32,656 bases of DNA from a virus (Duplodnaviria > Caudoviricetes): IMG/VR virus record IMGVR_UViG_3300027769_000092, positions 1-32,656 of that record, one strand, 5' to 3'. Both the position numbers and the translations under genes were made by a program. This document shows, in pieces, positions 25,630-32,656 of the stretch (position 1 is its first letter; each line of letters starts with the position of its first letter). The notes beneath the pieces are model-generated. The model made no database searches. It had not been told where the DNA came from and saw only the letters and a program-made list of their open reading frames with translations.

Positions 25630-25900
25630 CACGTTTCTTTTTGTTTGCATCATCTTTATTATTAAGTTTTTTAATATGTAATGCTCTTAGACTATCTACA
25701 TGAGCAAGACTGTCATGAGTAATCTTCATCTTTAAAGAATCAATAGTTAGACTATCCGCACTAAGTTTACTTCTGTAGGTGACAGCATCCTTATGATCTT
25801 TACCGCAGCAGACTATCTGATACATAAAGATAGTTCCCACAATAACCATTAGTACTACTATTGCTATCTCTTTAATTTGATGTTGTGTCTCCTCCGTCAT
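25544..25900 (-). CDS. Spanin-like protein (N-terminal TM plus helical domain)
   Basis: IAIVVLMVIVGTIFMYQIVCC then helical region; overlaps next gene by about 86 nt. Confidence 0.55.
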   Translation of the reverse strand: MTEETQHQIKEIAIVVLMVIVGTIFMYQIVCCGKDHKDAVTYRSKLSADSLTIDSLKMKITHDSLAHVDSLRALHIKKLNNKDDANKKKRDDDRAIVKYATDEQLDSLWSIYSPKINH

Positions 25901-26138
25901 TGTTATTTGGTTTTGGATTTTTCTTATCAAATATCTTTTCTATAACAGTAAGTCCTAATCCACCACCGGATATTAAACACAATGCGTCAAACATAAACTC
26001 AGGGGTTATATGATCGTCATTTCTGAAAGTAGCAACATAAGTAAGAATAATTACATTGAATAATGTAAATACTGCAGAGAATCTTTTACTAGATAACTCT
26101 GACTTACTGCTGAACATATCGTAAAAAAACTTTTTCAT
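25872..26138 (-). CDS. Putative holin (2 TM)
   Basis: SSKRF motif, two TM segments, GLGLTVIEK; within lysis cassette. Confidence 0.6.
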   Translation of the reverse strand: MKKFFYDMFSSKSELSSKRFSAVFTLFNVIILTYVATFRNDDHITPEFMFDALCLISGGGLGLTVIEKIFDKKNPKPNNNDGGDTTSN

Positions 26139-26434
26139 TTTTCTTTATCTGCGTTTTGTGTACCAAAATAATATGAGAATATCATTAGGGTTAATGTTTT
26201 TATTAAATCAAATAGTTGTTGATTTTGGGTTTCGGATAATAATGGCATCCCAAACGCTATAACCTTATCTACTATAAATACTCCTACTAAAGATGCAAAT
26301 ATTAGCAAGATAAATCTCACCAATATATCTTTTGTATCATTAAAGAAAAGCTTGTTTATGTAAAATACAAATATTGAAATGAATGCCATTGAGAATATCA
26401 CTCCAAAAACCATTGTGTTTCCATGACTAAACAT
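26135..26434 (-). CDS. Putative holin/antiholin (3 TM)
   Basis: Three hydrophobic segments ending IFSYYFG; adjacent to endolysin. Confidence 0.6.
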   Translation of the reverse strand: MFSHGNTMVFGVIFSMAFISIFVFYINKLFFNDTKDILVRFILLIFASLVGVFIVDKVIAFGMPLLSETQNQQLFDLIKTLTLMIFSYYFGTQNADKEK

Positions 26435-26435
26435 C

Positions 26436-26981
26436 TTAGAACTCTTTCAAAAGGGTATATGTAAACTTCTTGAATCCTGACTTTTTACACTTACCTAGTA
26501 ACTCTGCAAATTGTTTTGGATCATTAAGAACTTGACATCCTGCTGACCATTTATCAATAAGTTTAGATACTGTACTAGGATTAGCACGGTGAATATTAAT
26601 ACCAAATAAACCGGTATCAGTTACTGCGGATTCTTCTGCTACGTCGTTTTTGTTACCATCTCTGTATACAGTAACTGCTTTACATTGAGTCAATGCTTCA
26701 TACTTTCCTTGATGTAAACCTACTTGCCAGCAATCATCCCATTGTCCGGGCTTAAGTAATGCTGCTCCTTTTGGGTTCAACAAGTTCTGTAACCAATGAG
26801 TTCCTGGATTAGTAGTACAGGTATACCATGTAATGTTATCTTTCTCAACTACACCAATAATATCATCAAACTGATTCTTAGCATTAGCATTAGATCTAAT
26901 ACCTATAAGATGAAATACCGGCCATGAATAACCTAGTTTTTCAAACTCTGCTTTAAGTTCTTTTACTGTATACTGTTTCAT
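26436..26981 (-). CDS. Putative endolysin, L,D-transpeptidase (YkuD)-like fold
   Basis: FGINIH-x14-SAGCQV His/Cys signature; TTNPG; directly upstream of holin/spanin-like genes. Confidence 0.7.
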   Translation of the reverse strand: MKQYTVKELKAEFEKLGYSWPVFHLIGIRSNANAKNQFDDIIGVVEKDNITWYTCTTNPGTHWLQNLLNPKGAALLKPGQWDDCWQVGLHQGKYEALTQCKAVTVYRDGNKNDVAEESAVTDTGLFGINIHRANPSTVSKLIDKWSAGCQVLNDPKQFAELLGKCKKSGFKKFTYTLLKEF

Positions 26982-26982
26982 A

Positions 26983-27402
26983 TTAATTAAATATCCAAAA
27001 GTGTATATCTCCTGTAACTCTCTGACCTGCTTGAGGAAGTATCATAAAGTTTAAATCATTTGTATTTGAAATATCTCTTACCATTCCTAAGTCAGATTTT
27101 ATTTGAGTTAGTTCGGTGGTATTTGTAGGTACAATATGATAAAAAACTATGCTATTTTCATTAACATATGAGTTTTGTAACTTTATAGTTGTTCCAAAAG
27201 CCATATTAACATTTTGAATAATACCTGCTTTTTTATTTAAAGGAACAGTAATAGCAGCATCTGTAGATGATTGAACATCATATGTACCAATGGTAGGTGC
27301 AAGTATCTCAGCAAGAGCATTCACGTGCCCGTATCTAGCAAGCAACGCATCTGTCTTTTCTTTTATATAGTCAGACAGTTTGTATATATTTACAAAAGCC
27401 AT
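26983..27402 (-). CDS. Virion fibre/decoration-like protein with 'ARxGHVN' N-terminus
   Basis: Shared N-terminal motif; beta-rich C-terminal domain. Confidence 0.6.
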   Translation of the reverse strand: MAFVNIYKLSDYIKEKTDALLARYGHVNALAEILAPTIGTYDVQSSTDAAITVPLNKKAGIIQNVNMAFGTTIKLQNSYVNENSIVFYHIVPTNTTELTQIKSDLGMVRDISNTNDLNFMILPQAGQRVTGDIHFWIFN

Positions 27403-27403
27403 A

Positions 27404-27808
27404 TTATAGTACTATAAAATTAATCTTTAATGCTCCTGTTGTTACTCCTGCTGTAGACCAAGCAATATCAAAACTGCCATCAACAACATTTACAGGTGCT
27501 GCAAGTACTGAGTCTAATCTATCTGCAAGATTTGAATATTCTATACTAGCAATAACAACACTGTCTGTTTTTACTCTATCATTATCTACTCTAAAAGAGT
27601 CAGAACCTATTGCTAATGCACCAAACATAGTTATCTGTCCTACTGGAGCATTAATTTCTACAGGAGTAGTATTACTAGTCAACTGAGTTATATACTCAAC
27701 AGGAGTAACTTTTTCTGCAAGTTTGTTAACGTGTCCTACTCTTGCTACAGTTGCGTCAGAAGATTTCTTAAAATACTTCTTATAATTAAAGATGTCAATG
27801 AAAGCCAT
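27404..27808 (-). CDS. Virion fibre/decoration-like protein with 'ARxGHVN' N-terminus
   Basis: Shared motif; ITQLTSNTTPVEINAPVGQIT...NDRVKTDSVV...INFIVL. Confidence 0.65.
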   Translation of the reverse strand: MAFIDIFNYKKYFKKSSDATVARVGHVNKLAEKVTPVEYITQLTSNTTPVEINAPVGQITMFGALAIGSDSFRVDNDRVKTDSVVIASIEYSNLADRLDSVLAAPVNVVDGSFDIAWSTAGVTTGALKINFIVL

Positions 27809-27826
27809 ATATTTATTTTTTAAAGT

Positions 27827-28510
27827 TTACGGATTATATAATGGTAATATTAAATGAAAGGTAAATTGAACCTCATTATTATTTAATAATGATTGTGGAA
27901 CTCGTTTTATAGTACCTAAATTATCATAGTTAGATAAAACTAGTTCAATAGTTCCAGTAGTATATCCAGTAAAGGGTAATAATTCATAAGCAGGTGCATT
28001 AGTAGAGTAAATATTTGCTGGATTGATTACAGAAACAAACATACCATATCTATAATAGTCTTCTACCATATTACTCATAATTAGATTAATATGAAATTCT
28101 CCACTGTTTGGTTCTGTTACTGTAGCTGTCCATGTTGCAGGCTCTTCAACATCTGCTAATGCTGTATTAACATTGATACTTAGTGTAGGATCTGTTGTTC
28201 CATTATTTAGTGCTAATTGTATTGTACCAATAACTTCATGATAAGGTACTCCAATACCTAAACTAAATCCTGTAGTTTGATCTCCTATTTTTATCTTATA
28301 GTCTGTATCAATTGTGCTAAATCTATCTGCATCTATGGTAACTTGGCCTTGATAAGGACCTAAACCATCTGCTATGATTTCACTAACTCCTCCACCAGCA
28401 CCTCCGGCTAATGCATCATATACAGCATTGACATGCCCTATACGTGCTACCTCAGCATCAGTACCCCTTCTAATATACTTTCTTAAATTTAACCAGTTTA
28501 TAAAACCCAT
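27827..28510 (-). CDS. Virion fibre-like protein with 'ARxGHVN' N-terminus
   Basis: ATG 28510 aligns with paralogue starts; GGAGGG hinge then beta-rich domain. Confidence 0.65.
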   Translation of the reverse strand: MGFINWLNLRKYIRRGTDAEVARIGHVNAVYDALAGGAGGGVSEIIADGLGPYQGQVTIDADRFSTIDTDYKIKIGDQTTGFSLGIGVPYHEVIGTIQLALNNGTTDPTLSINVNTALADVEEPATWTATVTEPNSGEFHINLIMSNMVEDYYRYGMFVSVINPANIYSTNAPAYELLPFTGYTTGTIELVLSNYDNLGTIKRVPQSLLNNNEVQFTFHLILPLYNP

Positions 28511-28548
28511 ATCGTATTGTGTTACATATATAATATACAAAAAAATCT

Positions 28549-31500
28549 TTATCCTCCACCCTGCATATTCTGAATACTTATAAAATTTTTGGTTGCTAAA
28601 ACCGGTGAAGTCTGTGTACCAGTTATACCAAAGAACTTAAATGCAGTATTAAATAACTTAGGACTTCCTTCTTTTTGGAAACTATAAGGACCTACATCTC
28701 TTACGTAGTAGGCTTTATCATCTCCTTGTACTAAGTCAACTGTCTGACCTAGTAACTTGACTAAGTTTCCAGCAGTCTGAGTTACAGCTAAACTCTTGAA
28801 AGTCAGCATCTCAAGATAGTTATTAAGACCTACTCCGGGTAAAGGAATCCAGTTCATTTGCTCTTGTCTAGTCTTCAAGGTTAATGCTAATAAGCTATTA
28901 GAGAGATAACCTCCTAGTCTAAACGGATGTTCCGGATCATCTACTGTTTCAAAGATTCCCATGTTTAACGGCAATGCCCCTGACTTCTTTCTAAGTTTTT
29001 CATACTTATCTTCATCATCAGCATCAAACCCAAAGATCATAGCAATAATCAAACTCATACCTACTATTATACCTGCTTCCATAATGATCTTAGCAAATGC
29101 TTGTTTCTCTTCAGGTAGTAATGATGAGAAAGATTTACCTCCTGTGGCTATACCTTCTTTTAATGCTCTTATTGCTTCAATGTAGTATCCTAGATATGTA
29201 TCATTAAGACCTGCATCATAACGTGCTTGAGGGTTAAGAATACTTCCGCGGAACTGAAAACGACTCATAAGCATGCGTAAGAAGAAACGTTTCAAGAACA
29301 TGATCTGTCTGTAGAAGAAGAATCTATCTGCTTGAGAGTAATCAAACTTACCAAATGCACCATTCACGTTATTAGATACGGCCTGTATTTTATTACGGTA
29401 CATCTTAAACTTAGAACCTCCTACTCCCCATTCAGGATCTATTCCTTCTCTTAATGTTATCTGACCATCTTTAAGTTCCCATGCATCTATGTATGGTATC
29501 ATTTTCTTTTCTCCGTCAATAGTAATCTCTACTAACTGAGCATTCATCATAGCACCGAATAAACTATAGTTGGCATTAAGTTCTGTCCATTTACGGGTAT
29601 TAGTAAGTAAGTTGGCAGGTTCTAATAAGTCTTTAGCAAATGTTCTAGTAAGATTTTCTCCAAACTTTTCTTCAAACCTACCTGATGTAGGATCAAAGAT
29701 TTCAGTAAGTTGTATGTTTAAAGACTTGGGTCCGTACTTATATATCTGAAAAGAAGTCTCGGCCATAGTTTTGTTTGCCCAAATAGTACCTTTAGCATAA
29801 TCTCTATTATTATAAAACCTTCCAGCAGCACCTTCAATCATAGACTGGATACGTGCTGACATAGAGTTACGTACTGCTGATTCTATATTTACCGCAAAGA
29901 AACCTAATGCCGATGTTTTAAGCATAGCAGAAGATATACTGTTTGCTAACTTACTCTCTGAGAAGATACCTGTATTATACTTACCTTCAAATTCTCTTTC
30001 TATAAATGCGTTGATGGCCTGGGCTCTAGTAGATAGACCTTGTTTTCTTGTAGGTTTCTCTATGGCTCTATTAAACATAGACTGCTTTTGGAAGTCGTTT
30101 AATGTTTTAATCTGGTCTGGGTCATTTACAATACTTTGTAATGTTCTAGCTACAGGACTCATCTCACGTAACTTAGCATTACGTTCTAATGAAAATAGAT
30201 ATCTCATTGTGCCAGTTAAGATATCTAAAGAAGTATCTGTTAATGGTAATCTATATTTACCTTGAATAGGTATCTTATTTACCTGATCATCAAACAAATC
30301 TAATTTAGCATACTCTGTACGTTCTTGTGCATTGAATCCACGTTCTTGGTCATCTGCTGTATTTACAAAGAACTCTTTTACTTTCTGTACAAATGTAGAT
30401 ATTGGGTTTTGCTTAACTAAATTTCCTGCTTCGTCAATGAAGTTTTTGTTTTGAACTGCTTCAAGATTAGACATACGGAACCTAGGTATCTCTAAACCTA
30501 GACGTTCTTCAGGAGCCTTTTCTTCCTGCATTTCTAGATGCAAGTCTATCAACTTAATAAGTAAGTTATATAGATTAGGGTCGTTGTTCTTAATCTTAAA
30601 GAAGTCATTGTTTACATATGTAGTATCCGGTGTCCCGTCATCATTCTTTACATCTAGTTTTGGTAACCAGTTGTAACCATCCCAGTTTGCTTTGGTAATA
30701 TCTCCCATAGCAATAGCATCTCTGATACTAATTTTTTCTGTTACGTATCCTGCTGCAGGATCACGTTTAACTTGATATGTAAAGTACTTACTTGTTGGAA
30801 TACCGGGAATAGTTCTCTTACTTCCATCAGGTTCAGTAATTGTAGTTGACTCATACATGTTAGGATCGGCAGGTCTAGTAACATTCCATGCTGAAGTTCT
30901 AATGTATACTGAAACCATAGACTTCCACTTCTTACTATACTGCATAGTTAATATGTGGTTATCATCAAACCATTCTTTAAACTCAGGAGAGTTTGCGCGC
31001 ATCATGTCTACAAACTGTGGATTATCAAGAATGATATTATCAATGTTTGTTGCATCAAATTCTCTGATGTTCAATGCTTGAAATGCTTGTTGGATGTCAT
31101 CACCAAAATAATTATAGAAACTATTCATTACATTTAAGTAATCAGAAGTAGGTTCTGTATTTTGTAATTCATCTAGTTCTGCATACTTAGCAAGTATCTC
31201 TTCGTTGATTTTTGTTTCTTCAACAAGTAATGCTTTGTCTAAAGGATCTAAACTTTTATTACTTCTATTTAGACGTAATGTTTCTAAATATGTTAACCTG
31301 TCTTGTTCTTCCGGAGTAAGTTTTGCAGTAGGGTCTCCTCTTCTATACTTTACTCTTTGAGTTACTAATTCATAGTATTCAGTTTGTTCTAATGATGTAA
31401 GACCGGTTCTAGTAATTGAGTTCTTCTTTGCTTCTATGATTTTTTCATCAAGTTCTTTAATCTGCTTAAGAACATCTTCTGGCATTTCTAATGCAGCAGT

Positions 31501-32656
31501 CTGAAAGTCTTTATCTTTATATCTTCCTAGTAATACATTACGTTTATCATATAAGTCTAGTAATTCTTGATTAGTAATGTCTACTGCTAGTTTTGAAAGG
31601 ATTGCTTTTTGTTGTTCTTTTAATGTAAGAATCTCAGCCATTATAGCTGCACGTCTTTCAAAGTACTCAGACTTAATACGTACACGGGTGTTATTCTTTA
31701 ACCATTCATCAACTTTAGATTTGTAAAGTTCTGAACCGGGTTTAATATTATTATCAATTAATGACTGTACAAACTTCTTATACGCACTTTGAAATACCCC
31801 GTTAAGAGGAATCTCATCATACATATCTTTTGCTTTACTATTATACTCTTGTATACGTAATGCAATGTCTTTTTCTAAACCCGTTTTCTTATTTCCTGAA
31901 GAATCAATTAGAGAAGATAATTCTCTTTTTTGTCTTTTATATTCTTTAAGTTCTTCCAGTAAGTCTTCGTTATCTTCATCCTTACTAATGATACGTTCTA
32001 TGTCTCTAATCTTACTATTAATATCATTTAATCTTGACCCTGCTTCACGACCTATGTCGTCTTTCTCAAGTAGTTGTTGACGTTCATAGTACTTAGATGT
32101 GTATTCTGTATGGAAGTATTTTCTTTCCCATGCTATCTTTTCTTGGGTAAGTCTTCTTACTTCAGAATAGTCCCCTGATATAGCTGCAGCATCTTTTGCT
32201 TTTTCTATCTCATAGTTCTTTTGATCAATATCACGTTTGTAGTTCATCCAAGGATTAGCATAAGTATATACCTGCTGTTCTTGGAACTTACCGTTATCTC
32301 TTCCTCCTACATTATCTACAAACGTAGTACGTCTACCTAGTTCTCCAATGTTGATTGGATTAAATCCTGCCGCATCAAGAAAAGGTTTTAGTGCATTAGC
32401 ATACTCATTAGCACGTTTCTGTGCTTTGGTCTGCATATCAATAAAGTTATTTTTTACATACAGGGAGAACCCGAAAATTACTGGGTCTTGGTTATTCATG
32501 TATCCTTCTAAGAAAGAATTAAGAGCATGCGCATCTCCTAGTTCTCCTTTAAGTAAAGATTCTATCTTCTCAGGAGATAGTTTTAGTTCTTCCCACTCCT
32601 TGGTTCTAGCATTTATTTTTTCTTGAGGGGCTCCGTTCTTTTTTAAATATTCAATG
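28549..32656 (-). CDS. C-terminal part of a giant internal virion / ejection protein; 5'-truncated
   Basis: Frame stays open past 32499 to the window end (IEYLKKNGAP...EGYMNNQD), >1360 aa; helical; TM segment IIMEAGIIVGMSLIIAMIFG near C-terminus, as in giant proteins of crAss-like virion RNAP gene blocks. Confidence 0.7.
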   Translation of the reverse strand, partial: IEYLKKNGAPQEKINARTKEWEELKLSPEKIESLLKGELGDAHALNSFLEGYMNNQDPVIFGFSLYVKNNFIDMQTKAQKRANEYANALKPFLDAAGFNPINIGELGRRTTFVDNVGGRDNGKFQEQQVYTYANPWMNYKRDIDQKNYEIEKAKDAAAISGDYSEVRRLTQEKIAWERKYFHTEYTSKYYERQQLLEKDDIGREAGSRLNDINSKIRDIERIISKDEDNEDLLEELKEYKRQKRELSSLIDSSGNKKTGLEKDIALRIQEYNSKAKDMYDEIPLNGVFQSAYKKFVQSLIDNNIKPGSELYKSKVDEWLKNNTRVRIKSEYFERRAAIMAEILTLKEQQKAILSKLAVDITNQELLDLYDKRNVLLGRYKDKDFQTAALEMPEDVLKQIKELDEKIIEAKKNSITRTGLTSLEQTEYYELVTQRVKYRRGDPTAKLTPEEQDRLTYLETLRLNRSNKSLDPLDKALLVEETKINEEILAKYAELDELQNTEPTSDYLNVMNSFYNYFGDDIQQAFQALNIREFDATNIDNIILDNPQFVDMMRANSPEFKEWFDDNHILTMQYSKKWKSMVSVYIRTSAWNVTRPADPNMYESTTITEPDGSKRTIPGIPTSKYFTYQVKRDPAAGYVTEKISIRDAIAMGDITKANWDGYNWLPKLDVKNDDGTPDTTYVNNDFFKIKNNDPNLYNLLIKLIDLHLEMQEEKAPEERLGLEIPRFRMSNLEAVQNKNFIDEAGNLVKQNPISTFVQKVKEFFVNTADDQERGFNAQERTEYAKLDLFDDQVNKIPIQGKYRLPLTDTSLDILTGTMRYLFSLERNAKLREMSPVARTLQSIVNDPDQIKTLNDFQKQSMFNRAIEKPTRKQGLSTRAQAINAFIEREFEGKYNTGIFSESKLANSISSAMLKTSALGFFAVNIESAVRNSMSARIQSMIEGAAGRFYNNRDYAKGTIWANKTMAETSFQIYKYGPKSLNIQLTEIFDPTSGRFEEKFGENLTRTFAKDLLEPANLLTNTRKWTELNANYSLFGAMMNAQLVEITIDGEKKMIPYIDAWELKDGQITLREGIDPEWGVGGSKFKMYRNKIQAVSNNVNGAFGKFDYSQADRFFFYRQIMFLKRFFLRMLMSRFQFRGSILNPQARYDAGLNDTYLGYYIEAIRALKEGIATGGKSFSSLLPEEKQAFAKIIMEAGIIVGMSLIIAMIFGFDADDEDKYEKLRKKSGALPLNMGIFETVDDPEHPFRLGGYLSNSLLALTLKTRQEQMNWIPLPGVGLNNYLEMLTFKSLAVTQTAGNLVKLLGQTVDLVQGDDKAYYVRDVGPYSFQKEGSPKLFNTAFKFFGITGTQTSPVLATKNFISIQNMQGGG

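Noticed and set aside
26983-28510. Diversity-generating retroelement acting on the three paralogues
   Set aside because: No reverse transcriptase and no near-identical TR/VR nucleotide pair seen in the window
24844-32626. Plus-strand ORFs opposite late genes (e.g. 24844-25098, 30011-30265, 32348-32626)
   Set aside because: Shadow ORFs overlapping stronger minus-strand genes
1-32656. Stop-codon reassignment as in some crAss-like phages
   Set aside because: Long genes (PolB, giant virion protein) are uninterrupted and densely packed under the standard code
28549-32656. Calling the giant ORF the RNA polymerase catalytic subunit
   Set aside because: No convincing DxDxD catalytic motif in context in the visible part; the N-terminus lies outside the window

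Overview
AT-rich fragment of a large lytic dsDNA tailed phage infecting Bacteroidota, most like environmental crAss-like (Crassvirales-related) phages. The host is inferred from TTG-N20-TAnnTTTG promoters, A-rich non-SD start contexts and a lipoprotein export signal. Positions 1-24399 are almost entirely + strand: small early genes, GroES, a cluster of structured non-coding elements, a minimal kinase-like ORF, spore photoproduct lyase and UDG, then a replication block (DnaA-type HTH, DnaB, AAA_24/Sak4-like, SSB-like, primase, GIY-YIG, PD-(D/E)XK nuclease, PolB, DUF932, two NTP-PPase-like genes). A 7-gene module built around a VWA-metallopeptidase and a MoxR-like AAA+ ATPase sits inside this block. 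Positions 24443 to the end are - strand late genes: small proteins, a lysis cassette, three proteins sharing an N-terminal motif, and the 3' part of a giant virion protein. The standard genetic code fits. Best novelty candidates: (1) the 12.6-18.5 kb module, with three paralogues sharing a helical domain, two of them with a split BRCT-like domain; (2) two nested RNA structures plus a tRNA-like minihelix at 1656-1897; (3) a 118-aa minimal kinase; (4) a non-canonical spanin pair with a coupled CxxC microprotein. All family assignments are from motif recognition by eye, not database searches.
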